Positions 11,102 to 22,483 of a stretch of DNA of 64,000 bases are shown piece by piece; the stretch's first letter is position 1; the number at the start of each line of letters is the position of its first letter. The stretch is from contig NW_024704743.1 of assembly GCF_018977255.1 (NCBI RefSeq), positions 64,854,001-64,918,000 of the forward strand, read 5' to 3'. The DNA is from Callorhinchus milii (Eukaryota). A program made the translations under genes and the position numbers. Below the pieces are notes generated by a model. The model saw nothing but the letters and a program-made list of their open reading frames with translations, ran no database searches and was not told where the DNA came from.

Positions 11102-11617
11102 TCACGGTCTCGCAGGGGGTCCTCTCATGAATCTTGCCCGTATACAATGAGCCACCCAATTCAGTTGTCTGGAGAATACTTTTCCCTTTTCTGAATACCA
11201 GATACCTGGTTTTCCTGTCTCCTTCCAATCAGTCAGCCTCCTTCCCTTATCGACAAATACTCCCACATTTTCCCATTCCTCCCCAACGGCTTTAGCCACT
11301 GAAACATGGGGAAAAGTTTCATTTTTATAATTTAACTCATCCTCGGGCTGCAGAGCGACCAAACATCCCATTGTGGAATCGTTCCAGAAAATTGTTTTCA
11401 AGGTAATCCGAGTAGGGCTTTTTAATTTATCTAATAATTCTTTAGTACTTTCGGGCTTCAATTTACCATCAAATCCAAACTTCTTTCTCCACATGAATTC
11501 TGGTTTCCCGCTCCCCGTAACTACGGCGTCCATACGTCGGCCATTAGGAGACAATTCCACTTCCTCTACTCGCTTACAACACGTACAACAACCCCCTTTA
11601 CTATTTCCATTGCCCAT
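11102..11617 (-). CDS. gag: 171-aa Gag N-terminus (myristoylation signal) fused to the C-terminal half of a pol 2H-phosphoesterase-like domain
   Basis: MGNGNSK fits MGxxxS; Cys cluster CCTCC; WRKKFGFDGKL resembles fish-ERV matrix. The second half has PHVSVAK (HxS motif, His codon 11308-11306) immediately upstream of RT. Confidence 0.7.
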   Translation of the reverse strand: MGNGNSKGGCCTCCKRVEEVELSPNGRRMDAVVTGSGKPEFMWRKKFGFDGKLKPESTKELLDKLKSPTRITLKTIFWNDSTMGCLVALQPEDELNYKNETFPHVSVAKAVGEEWENVGVFVDKGRRLTDWKETGKPGIWYSEKGKVFSRQLNWVAHCIRARFMRGPPARP

Positions 11618-11958
11618 GTTTAATTGTATTTGACTTATCTCAATCAGACACTCGTTATTTGCATATATATATATATATATTTGTTTCGGGTAGTCCCGTC
11701 ACTCACCCACTCTCCCGGTTTGCCCCCAGACCGGCTCCACAACTCACCCCACTTGTACGTCGAGGACGACTTTCTCTAAGGGGGATCCTCACCGTTCGAG
11801 GCTGTAGAGTGTGCGAGCAAATTATCCCAGATAATTCTTGTATACGGCCTTTCGATCCTTCTCGATCTAGGTTCGCCCAGCGGCGGGTTGTCCCGGACAA
11901 CTCACGTATACAACTACTGGTCTGGCGGGTTTACCGTAGGGTGCGATGAGATGTTGGG

Positions 11959-11976
11959 ATCCCGGACGAGCCCCCA
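11959..11976 (-). promoter_or_regulatory. Primer-binding site, tRNA-Pro
   Basis: TGGGGGCTCGTCCGGGAT lies 2 nt after the 5' LTR and is the same 18-mer as the MLV tRNA-Pro PBS. Confidence 0.95.
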
Positions 11977-11978
11977 AT

Positions 11979-12434
11979 TGTTAGATCCGCGAATTATGTG
12001 TCTGTATCTGGAGAGAAAAAATCTGATACAAGTAAACTTAAGAAACAAAGAAAGGGTTTTTATTTCTACTTGTATACAGGAGCACACAATTGTTCCCGTA
12101 TACAAATAGGATCTAATGTCTCCCTGTCAGACAAAAGATCCTCTTCTTCGGTACCATTAAGTTTTATACAGGAGTACACAAAATACACAGAAGGGGTGTT
12201 TTTCCTTACAGACCAATCAGGTTTGCTGCATGCGTTCCCACACTTCTTGCTAGAAGGCCATTTCTATGTTATCACCCGCCGTTCCTTACACTGTGGCCTT
12301 CAGATAACGGGATTCTACAATAACAAGTCTAACCTACTTACTTATGTCTGCTTAAAGGCGTCTACACAGCAATAGGCCAGGGCACAAGCTACGATATACA
12401 ATTAAACATACCATAACATCTTTTTCCTCTATCA
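11979..12434 (-). repeat. 5' LTR (456 bp)
   Basis: TG...CA ends. In minus-strand order: CCAAT element (12213-12217), TATAAAA (12168-12162), AATAAA (12064-12059), then the PBS. Confidence 0.96.
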
Positions 12435-13189
12435 GGGGGAGACTGAGTGATTACGGGATGGAGTTCCAGAGGGTGGGTGCAGAGTGGTGGAAGTCCCGCC
12501 CGCCGATAGTGGGGCAAGCAAGGTAGGGGATGTGAAGCCGGCCAGAGCCCGCTGAGCGGAGAGAGCGAACAGGGTGCTAGGGGGTTAGGAGGTCGGAGTG
12601 GTAAGGGGGGGGAGCAAGACAGTGGAGGGCTTTGAAGGTGAGGATCAGGATCTTGAACTGTATCCTCTCTGTGATGGGAAGCCAGTGGAGTTGGGCAAGG
12701 ATGGGGGTGATAGGGTCGCGGAGCCTGGTGCAGGAGAGGACATGCGCAGAGTTCTGGATGATGGGGGGAGGAGTTGGAGAGCCCGACAAGCAGTGAGTTT
12801 GCATAGTCAAGCCTTGATATAATGAAAGTGCGTGTGAGGGTTTCGAAGGCCTGCAGTTTGAGACAGTGGCAGAGCCAGGCAACATTGCGGAGGTGGGGGA
12901 GGCAGAGCGGGTCATGGCACAGATGTGGGGTAGAAAGGATAGTTGAGGGTCAAATAAGATTCTGGATTGGCTTAGCAAGGTGGTGTGTGCAACCATGGAT
13001 GGTGATGCTGTCAGCACCTGAGGTGAAGACTTTCTGCACACACAATGTATTGCCTTTTCTCCCATTGGCCTTTGCTGCTTCACTGACACTGATCTGCCCT
13101 TCCTCCCTCATCCAATTTGCTCAGCTTCTGCTCGCTGGTCTCGCAATACTCGCTGGCGAAACATAGAAATTCTAGTTGAGGCAGTGCTT

Positions 13190-13800
13190 CACTTGCCTCA
13201 CCTGATGAGCTGCCACTAATCTGAAGTGTACAATCTCACACTTTGCGATGTTAAACTGCATCTGCCATAGTTGTTTCCACTCGCTTAATCTGTCGACATC
13301 TTTGCAATGTTTGCCTGTCCTTTTCACAATTTACAACAGCTCCGAGATTAGTGTCACCCGTAGAGGTAGTCCCTTCCTGGATTCCTGTATCCAGGTCACT
13401 ATACAGGGTGAAAAGCTGTGGCTCCACCACTGATTGGTGGGGGGCGCCAGTTGTCACTACTTGCCAATTAAAGAATGTCCCTTTCTCCGAACTCTCTACA
13501 TTCGATCTCCCATCTAATTTCTTATCCATCTCACAATATTGTCTTCAGCTCCATGTGTCTGAATCAAAGCTAATAATCTTTTATGTGAGACTTTACTTGC
13601 TGAAAATCCATTTACATTTACAGAACATCCATTGATCTTACCCCTTTTATCCATCACCCCAGTGGTTCTGTCAAACAACTATTAGATTTGTGAGACATGA
13701 ACTACATTTCACAAACCCATGTTGGTGCTCTGTGATCTGTGCATGTTTATCCAAATGGTCAGTTCTAATGTGTCTGATGTTAGATTCAAGTAATCTGCAC
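13190..13800 (-). mobile_element. Degraded CR1 RT fragment
   Basis: ORF 13251-13529 (WQVVTTGAPHQSVVEPQLFTLYSDLDTGI...DTNLGAVVN) is a decayed CR1 RT core. Confidence 0.7.
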
Positions 13801-14029
13801 CTCACTGGTGTTTTATTTTGTTATTATTGTGGTCACTGTAATTTAATGGATCAACTACTCCCAGTTTATATGTTGACTGTATGAAGTCAGTACTAACTTC
13901 TCACATACACATTCACTACTATCATGAAGGGAGTTTCTCCTTGTATGCTCCCGACGTGAAAAGCACTATATCAATTGCAAGGATCATTATTATTATCCTG
14001 GCTATTTTGCATTATGTTTTACATACCTT

Positions 14030-15640
14030 CCTGCTTTGCACATCTCCAGTATCTCTTAAGTACTAAATTGGATTTGAAAAGGAAGGTTTTCAGGCGGGAC
14101 TTAAAAAAGGTAGAGAGGAAGCAAGATGGAGGGATTGAGGAAGAGTGTTCCACAATTTCAGTGAGTAGTGGCTGAAAGCGTGACATCGAACGGTGGGGCG
14201 GAGGGTGCAAGGGACGAGCAGGAGATATGTACCAGTCTAGCAGAGGCGCAGGTTGGTGGATTGGGGAGTGAAGAGATCGGAGAGGTAGGGAGGAGACAGG
14301 GAGTCAGGGAGTAGATTTTGAATATGAGTGTGAGGATCTGAAGTCGATCTGTTCGGTAAAGGGGAGCCGGTGGAGCCTGGCCAGAACTGGTGAGCTAGAG
14401 GAATGGAGTTTGGTGCAGGTCAGAATGTGGTCAGCAGAGTTCTGAATAAGCTGCATTTTTTGAATAGTGGAGCTGGGGAAACCAGCGAGGAGTGCGTTTG
14501 TTAATCCAGGCGGGAAGTGACAAACGCATGCACGAGGAGTGAAAATGTTGCCGGGAGCCAAGGAGTATGGCTTCCGTCTTGTCCACAATCAGCTGCAGGA
14601 GGTTTGCACTCATCCAGACAAGCTGACAGAACATCGGCGGACCTGGAATTGATACTGGAGGAAGCAAAGTAGATTTGTGTGTCATTCACACACATGCGGA
14701 CGTTTATCCCATGTCTGTGGATGACATCGCCAAGAGGGAGCATATAGATTAAGAAAAGAAGGGGGCCAAGGCTGGAGCCCTGGGGTATCCCACAGGTGAC
14801 CGGGCGGTGGTGTGAGGAGAAACCATTTGCTGAGATGAAGAGGAGGTGGTTGGTTAAGTAGGACTTGAACCATGCAATTTGTGGTCCCATTAAGATGGAT
14901 GAGGGAGGAGAGTCAGTGTCAAACGCGGCAGAGAGATGATAATAATATTATCCAGGCGATGAAGGATGCAGAGGGAGCCTGTCACAGATAGAGAGGACCT
15001 TGTATATGATTTTGACAAGCGCTGTCTCTGTGCTGTAGGCAGGGCAAAAACCAGACTGCAGGGGCTCATGGATGGAGTGGAGGGAGAGGTGTGACCGAAG
15101 TTGACCTGCAACATTGTGTTCCAGGAGCTTAGCAGAGAAGGGTAGGTTGGAAATGGGACAGTAGTGTAAGTGATTAAGGGACTGAGGTGTGTTTTTTGAG
15201 GATGGGTGTGATAATAGGGGGAGTGGAACTGAGCCTGAGGAGAGAGACTGGTTGACCGTGTCAGCCAGCAGGGTTGAACAGACAGGGAGGCTGACCAGCA
15301 GCTGAGTGGGGAGGGGGGGTTGAAGCAGCAGGTGGTAAATTTAATGCAGGTGATTGTGGTTGAGAGGGAGGAGGGAGAAATGGAAGCAAAAGAGTGTAAG
15401 GAGGGGGCAGTGGCAGGAGCGGCGGCGGGTGACGGCGTGTGGATAGTCTGGGTGGGGTGGAAGGGGACATGGCGGGGAAAGGTGATGGGGGGAAGCCAAG
15501 CAGATGTTTTCAATCTTTGAGGCGAAGAAATCTGGGACTTCTTCGCACTTGGCATTTGATGTGAGATAGAGGAGGCTTGAGGGAGTGCACAGAGGAGTTG
15601 ATGGATGGTGGAAAATAGTGCCTTTGTCGTAAATTGGCTG
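14030..15640 (-). mobile_element. L2-type LINE ORF2 remnant
   Basis: WFKSYLTN...CGIPQGSSLGPLLFLIYMLPLGDVIHRHG...DTQIY and PISNLPFSAKLLEH...LQSGF...STETAL across shifted frames. Confidence 0.85.
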
Positions 15641-16267
15641 CCACAATATACATAGTAATTCACTTTACAGTATATTCTATGAAGCTCAACAATGTGATAA
15701 CAACAATAAAATTACATTAAGGTGCTACATCAAATGCAAGAATTATTTATTTGTTTGTTTATCTATTTTTGCTGCTGATTTTGGAGCATTTTTGTTTGAT
15801 TTGCCCCCACTGCACTTAGAATATGTACTTGTCCTACATACGCTGTGAATGGTTTTGATTCAGTATGTCCATTTGTCCTCTCTGCTGATTTGTTTTTGAG
15901 TAATTCTTCCCAGTCTAGACCATTTAGCTCTGCCCTCATAGCTATCATGTTTGCCCATCTAAATTTGCATACTAAAGTTTAGTTGAAATCCATCATCACC
16001 ATTGTTAAGAGCTTTGAGACTCCGCCCTAATGTGGAGGGTGCTATATAAGTACAAGTTGTTGTTGTTGAAAGTTTGTGTTGTCTCCCAAGTCAGATTGAA
16101 TATCATTGATCTATGGTCACTGTCATTTAGGCGGATCATCTACTGCTGATCCCTGATTAGTGTCAGGGTCATTAATCGGCGATAGCATTGTGCACTCCCA
16201 GATACAGAGTCACTATAGAGATCCCCTCCCGATTCCCAATTCAGTTTCTTAAACACTTCTTAGTACT

Positions 16268-16880
16268 TAACAACAACAACAACTTGTATTTATATAGCGT
16301 GCTTCATGCGGGGTAGTGTCCCTGAGCTCTTTGCAGTTGACAACGAGCCAGGGGGAGAGGTAGAGGGAGATGACTGTAAGCACGATCAAAAACAAAGGTC
16401 TACAGGCAGGATTTGAAGGTGGGAGGGAGAGGGCAAGGTACAGGGATTGAGGGAGAGAGTTCCAGAGTTTTGGGGTAGTGGCTGAAGGCACGGCCACTGA
16501 TGGGGGAGCAGATGGGACGAGGGACAATCTGGAGCCTGGAGCCAGCCGAGCGGAGGTAGCAGGTGGTGGAGTGCGGGGTAAGCAGATTGGATAGGTAAGG
16601 AGGTGCAAAGGAATGAAGGGATTTGAAAACGAGTGAGAGGATCTTGAAATCGACCCTTTTGGTCAGTGGGAGCCAGTGGAGTCTGGCAAGGACTGACGTG
16701 ATGGGGTATGGAGCTTCATACGAGTATTTGGGCGGTGAAGTTTTGAATTAATTGAATTTTGTGTGTGGTGGAGTTTGGGAGATCAGCGAGGAGGGCATTG
16801 AAATAGTCCAGCCAGGAAGTGACAAGCTGCATTGGTTGTGAGGTACAGAGGGAGGCGGCTTATGTGGCGGAGGTGGAAAA
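16268..16880 (-). mobile_element. L2-type LINE 3' end
   Basis: PKLWNSLPQSL motif; terminal CGCTATATAAATACAAG followed by a (TTG)n tail on the minus strand. Confidence 0.75.
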
Positions 16881-17507
16881 AAGCGATCCTGGTTTTTGTT
16901 ACTCAAATAAAAATTGCTGCTTTTTTGTTTTGTGCCAACATTTACTTCACTCCCCGTTTAGTGAGGTATTAACCATTTGTCTTATAAACGCCTTGTCTAC
17001 TTGAAATCTTCCCCAGTTACCTACTAATTTTTCTCCTGTACATAACCTTTGTAACCAGACATTAAAGTTGATTATCCTGCTGCGTTCTAACAGCTTGGCC
17101 TCCCTTCGCCGCATAGTCACCTGTGGCATTCCTCAGGACTCCATGCTCAGTCCTTTCCTTTTTGGGACCTATGTGCTCCCTCTTGGTGGCATCATCAGTA
17201 GTTGTGGGTCCACTTCCACATGTACATAGATGCCACCCAACTCCATCTCTCTGACTCTACCCTCAGCCTCACACACCCCAACCCAGGCTCCCAGACGGTT
17301 CTGTGATTGACCTTTGAGACGTCCTCCCAATGTGAAAGGCACTATAGGAATGTCAAATTGTTGTTGCTCATTCTACTTATGATAATAATCTGGCATTTGA
17401 TTTAGCACCAATTATCATGTCACTCTTGTATCAGGTTGTAACGTATGTTGACAATATCAGATCTGTAACAAAAACATTTTTGTATAATGTCTGCAAACAA
17501 ACTTAGG

Positions 17508-17838
17508 TGCCTGACTGGTCCATTTGGTAGCAGTGTTGCTTCTGCTTCAGAAGGTTGTGGGTTCAAGCCCTAGATTGGGACATGAACTCACAAAGTTTAG
17601 GTTGACATTTCAATGCAGTATGAGAACACTGCATGTCAGAGGTGCCATTCTTTGGTTTAAATGTTACATCATGGTCACATCTGCTTATTTAGGTGGATGT
17701 TAAAGATTCCATTACACTATTTGAAAAGAGAAGGTACCTAGTGTCTTGGCCAACAATCCCCCAGTTAAAAAAATTATGTTTGTGGGACATTGTTGTGCAC
17801 AAACTGGCTGCTGCATTCGTCTACAAAATACAGTCACT
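17508..17838 (+). mobile_element. Older tRNA-derived SINE (SacSINE1/Deu-like)
   Basis: Head with CAGAAGGTTGTGGGTTCAAGCCC and core GTTTGTGGGACATTGTTGTGCACAAACTGGCTGC. Related copies at about 46975-47345 and 57000-57210. Confidence 0.65.
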
Positions 17839-19243
17839 AAATATTTTCTGTAGACAATACAATTGGTTTATTTATTTGTATTGTTTAGCCTAGAATGCTT
17901 ATGGGACATGGCTCCCCTTGTGTTTTTCCAGTATTGTACAGATTTCACTAGTATTTCTGAAAAGGTCACTAATATAAATGTAAATACTCCTGCAAACAGG
18001 AACATTTCCTGATCTGGGATGCTTACAGATTGCTGTCAATTTTATTTCTTATCAGCCTTTCAGCAGCCGTTAGCTGAATCAGCAAAAGATTCATTGGAAC
18101 AAAGTAACTTAATCCGATGAATGAAATGAATCCCTACATATCTTGATTGGTGAAGTTTGTGGTTCATATTAATCTACATAAAAGCAATTTCTTTCAGAAT
18201 CTGAAGGAAGTGACCAGAATTGCAATGTCCCTCAGAAACAATGTAAACAGATGAAGTATTTGGTGATAATGGAATCCCATTTACATTCCACAAATGAGGA
18301 GTTTGATTTTAAAAAGTCTAAATTAAATTAATTACATAGACTGCATCTTATTTTTCATGAAACAAACATAAAGCCTCCCTAAGGAGACGGTTGAAGCAGG
18401 AAATTTTGATTCTTTCAAACACAGATTAGTTTTCTTTGGGAAATAACATCATGGGATATAGTACATAGGTAGTTTGGGACATATGTGCATGTGACCACAA
18501 GGAAGGTGGAAAGCGTACTAAATGGATCTTGTTTTTTTTTCGTTTAGCAATTCATATGTTCTTATGTACAGCTTTACCACAATCTGAAGATATTCTGGGT
18601 TTCTTCCGTGGCTATATAGTGCAATTCACCAGCAAGAGTCACAGATTCAGTATAACAGCAACAAGTTGGATTTATATAGTGTCCTTTGTTTACGTTGAAT
18701 GTCTCAATGTGGGGAGTGTGCATGCTGTGGGAAGATTTCCACTTCTTCATAAGGTATGGCCCAATTTTAAAAAGTAAAGGTTTGAAGTTAAAAATCAGTT
18801 ATCATAGGGAGAAATAAAAATGTCTTTCATTAAATGTAACATACATAGCTGGACCTGGTTCTAGTAGGTGGGGGTGGGGAGAGGAGTAATACTTATGGAA
18901 GATGTTACAGGTTTTCTTGATATCATTCCCAAAGAAAGTGGTGGTTTAAATATCAATGTCATACACAATGTTCATGTTTGGGCTGCTGTTAAATCTGTTA
19001 TGCTCTCAACTTCAACTTGTAGAAAACTCTTTTATTCTCAGCTCACAACTTTCAAATCAAACAATCCAACCAAAAACCCTATAGTCAGTTCTTCCTGCTT
19101 CCTGCTTTACTGATCCCTTCTCATTGGTGCTTGTTAATTAGTCCTTATTTTCTTAAAGGATATCCAACATCTTCCCCTTTTTGGTTTCTTTTTTTCCTCT
19201 CGTGTCTCAATCTTGTTCAATTAATCTCTTTTTTACTATTAAT

Positions 19244-19810
19244 AATAATAATAATCCTTGTATTTGATATAGTGCTTTTCACGTCGGGAGTCCCAATGCG
19301 CTTCACAGAACACACTGTAAAGTAAATTGACTGTATATTTGTGGGCGAACGCGGCAGCCAATTGCGCACTAGCAATGTCCCACAAACAGTCGTAATTGGA
19401 AAATGACCAATTTATTATTGTTTTTGTAGGGATTATTATTAGGTGTGTGGAGTAAGGAAACTTGCCCAAGGTTTCACCCTGCCTGAATTGAACTCAGGTC
19501 TCTCACTTAATAATAATAAAATAATCCTTGCATTTGATATAGCGCTTTTCACGTCAGGAGGACGTCCCAAAGCGCTTCACAGAACACACTTTAAAGTGAA
19601 TTGACTGTATATTGTGGGCGAACGCGGCAGCCAATTGCGCACAGCAATGTCCCACAAACAGTCGTAGATTGAAAATTACCAATTTTAATTATTTTTTTTT
19701 TTTTTTTTTTTGAGGGATTATAATTAGGCGTGTGGAGTAAGGAAACTTGCCCAAGGTTTCGCCCTGCCTGGCAGGGCGAAACAAAGCGAGTGCTCTAACC
19801 ACTGAGCTGC
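19244..19810 (-). mobile_element. Two tandem minus-strand copies of a young tRNA-derived SINE
   Basis: Each is the reverse complement of 19917-20239 and carries an (AAT)n tail (at 19244 and about 19508). Confidence 0.85.
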
Positions 19811-19916
19811 TGTTAAATCTGTTATGCTCTCAACATTCAACTTGTAGAAAACTCTCTTTTGTTTTCACTCAACGTCTTATCATCAATATTTATGCTGTCT
19901 ATCTCCTTGTCTCCTT

Positions 19917-20239
19917 GGAGTCCTGTAGCTCAGTGGTTAGAGCACTTGCTTTGCAAGTGAGAGACCTGAGTTCAATTCCAGGCAGGTCAGGGCGAAACCT
20001 TGGCAAGTTTCCTTACTCCACACACCTAATAATAATCCCTCCAAAACCAAGAACAATAATAAATTGGTCATTTTCAATCTACGACTGTTGTGGGACATTG
20101 CTGTGCGCAATTGGCTGCCGCATTCGCCCACCAATATGCAGTCAATTCACTTTACAGTGTGTTCTGTGAAGCGCCTTGGACGTCCTCCCGATGTGAAAAG
20201 CGCTATATCAAATGCAAGGATTATTATTATTATTATTAT
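19917..20239 (+). mobile_element. Young tRNA-derived SINE with L2-like tail
   Basis: A box TAGCTCAGTGG, B box GAGTTCAATTC, 3' end GCGCTATATCAAATGCAAGG(ATT)n. Confidence 0.9.
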
Positions 20240-20872
20240 GTCTCAACGCCCAATGTGCAGAAAACTTTATTCTCAGCTCACAAGTTGCAAATCAATCAAT
20301 CAATCCAACCAATAAAAAAACCCTAGTCAGTTTTCCTATTTTTCTACCTCCTGATCCCTTTCATTGCTCCTTATTTTCTTAAAGGGTATCCAACAAAACC
20401 TAGTTACAATACTGTCTCCCTGGGATAATAATTTTAAAATATTGATGCACCTGCTGCTTTGACCCCATCCCCACACTGGGTCTGGAACACTCTTATATCT
20501 GTCATGCATTTGTTAGCTCAGTCTTTATTTAGTGGATCTTTAACCGAGTTAATTCTCTTATCTCCCTATTTCGTGTGTTACATTCAAATGATCTTTGGCA
20601 ACGTTTTAATTTGGTGCAAAGTTCATTGCATTTAACATAAACACTACGTTGCTGTCGCTGTTCCACGAACAAGTTGCCCAGAGGCTGAGGATCGGATAAA
20701 GCGAGATCGTGTTATTGGCAAAGGGGAATGTCTGTGGGATGTTGGCTGTGATGGGAGTGAGGGATTGGCTGTGTGGGGGCTGTGTGGGTGGAACTCGACC
20801 CCTTTATTAGGGGAAAACACTAACGGAAAGCTAGAAACTACCAGGTACATCACAGGGAAGCTTGTGCATAGC

Positions 20873-21090
20873 TCTGTCTGGGTATGTCTGTCTGTCTCTG
20901 TCTGTCTGTTTGTGTGTGTGTCTGTCTGTGTGTGTCTCTCTGTGTGTGTATCTGTGTGTCTGTCTGTGTTTGTATCTGTGTGTATCTGTGTCTCTGTTTG
21001 TATGTGTGTGTGTTTGTATGTATGTGTGTGTGTGTGTGTGTTTGTGTGTTTGTATGTGTGTGTGTGTTTGTATGTGTGTGTGTTTGTATG

Positions 21091-21144
<54 letters not shown>

Positions 21145-21236
21145 TGTATGTGTGTGTGTGTTTGTATGTGTGTGTGTGTGTTTGTATGTGTGTGTGTGTG
21201 TTTGTATGTGTGCGTGTGTTTGTATGTGTGTTTGTG
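20873..21236. repeat. Compound (GT)n microsatellite
   Basis: Low-complexity tract; its length differs from copy B (about 41564-41917). Confidence 0.95.
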
Positions 21237-21650
21237 AGTAGAGTTCATTCACAGCCGAACCAACGGTTTGTCAGCATTGCCAAAAAAATTGCCTCACCAC
21301 CTGAAGTGAAGCAATCCAGGCTGTAACCCTGCAAGTTACACTGGTTGAAAGCACCGGATTACTTTGCATTAGAGAGGATTTAGTATCCTGTATTTATAGA
21401 ACCAATGTGCTGAGCAGGTACTGTGTGTGTGTGAGTGAGTGTTTTTAAATGAAGAGAAGGCGAGATTAGTGCAGAGTGTGTCAGGTGAGAGAGACCTGTG
21501 TGAGTGAGTTTGATCAGGTTGGGCGATGGGGATTTGAAATTGTGAACATCTGAACACGATATTAAGTGAAAGAGATGTTGTTATCGGTTGAGGAAACCCC
21601 TCTCTACCCATTATCAATGTGCAGTGTTGCAGCCCAGCCTGGCCAGCCCT

Positions 21651-22210
21651 GTGTGCTGGACATGCAGGGAGTGTGAGTGTAGCAGGTGTGTGTTGGACGT
21701 GCAGTGAGTGTGAGTGTAGCAGGTGTGTGCTGGACGTGCAGTGAGTGTGAGTGTAACAGGTGTGTGCTGGATGTGCAGTGAGTGTGAGTGTAACAGGTGT
21801 GTGCTGGACGTGCAGTGAGTGTGAGTGTAGCAGGTGTGTGCTGGACGTGCAGTGAGTGTGAGTGTAGCAGGTGTGTGCTGGATGTGCAGTGAGTGGGAGT
21901 GTAACAGGTGTGTGCTGGACGTGCAGTGAGTGTGAGTGTAACAGGTGTGTGCTGGACGTGCAGTGAGTGTGAGTGTAGCAGGTGTGTGCTGGACGTGCAG
22001 TGAGTGTGAGTGTAACTGGTGTGTGCTGGACGTGCAGTGAGTGTGAGTGTAACAGGTGTGTGCTGGACGTGCAGTGAGTGTGAGTGTAACAGGTGTGTGC
22101 TGGACGTGCAGTGAGTGTGAGTGTAACAGGTGTGTGCTGGACGTGCAGTGAGTGTGAGTGTAACAGGTGTGTGTTGGACGTGCAGTGAGTGTGAGTGTAA
22201 CAGGTGTGTG
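21651..22210. repeat. 37-bp minisatellite, about 15 units
   Basis: Unit GTGTGCTGGACGTGCAGTGAGTGTGAGTGTAACAGGT; period 37 (starts at 22021 and 22058). Confidence 0.95.
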
Positions 22211-22282
22211 AGCGCCTCTTCTCTCCTCCCCTCCCTGTACAGAGTGTCCTCAGCTTGTCTCTATTAGCCAGAATAAAGCGCC

Positions 22283-22483
22283 ATGGACTACGAGGAATTC
22301 CGCACCAGAGGGAAGGAGATGGTGGATTATGTGGTCGATTACCTGCAGTCCATTGAGGAGCGTCCCGTTTACCCGTCTGTGGAGCCCGGCTACCTGCGCC
22401 ATCTCATCCCAGAGAGCGCCCCCGAGCAGCCCCACTCCTTCGAGGAGGTGATGAAGGATGTGGAGAGGGTGGTCATGCCAGGG
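22283..22483 (+). CDS. DDC: DDC-family coding exon 1, duplicate copy A
   Basis: Same sequence as 42964-43164; donor GGG|gtgagc. Confidence 0.85.

Larger units (their letters stand above)
7797..12434 (-). mobile_element. Internally deleted class I (gamma/epsilon-like) endogenous retrovirus, 4638 bp, copy A
   Basis: Two TG...CA LTRs, tRNA-Pro PBS, PPT, G-run target-site duplication (GGGG[G] on both sides), and gag-pol-env remnants in the correct order. Confidence 0.96.
7690..13060 (-). mobile_element. L2-type LINE 3' fragment split by the ERV insertion (host parts about 7690-7796 and 12435-13060)
   Basis: The flanks join into an L2-like ORF2 C-terminus (IQNSAHVLSCTRLRDPITPILAQLHWLPITERIQFKILILTFKALH) and resemble the L2 copy at 16268-16880. 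Confidence 0.75.

Noticed and set aside
19917..19990. tRNA gene-like sequences (also about 49650, 56145 and 61110)
   Set aside because: Each continues into the same SINE body and tail, so they are SINE heads and not tRNA genes.
20644..21326. His/Thr- and Cys/Val-rich ORFs (also 41444-42007)
   Set aside because: GT microsatellite artefacts.
21385..21425. TATA-like element and donor as the DDC promoter or first exon
   Set aside because: The spacing would put the start site at or past the donor; it cannot be supported without transcript data.
21651..22210. Regular 37-bp array as a CRISPR-like locus
   Set aside because: Units are contiguous with no unique spacers, and the context is eukaryotic; it is a minisatellite.
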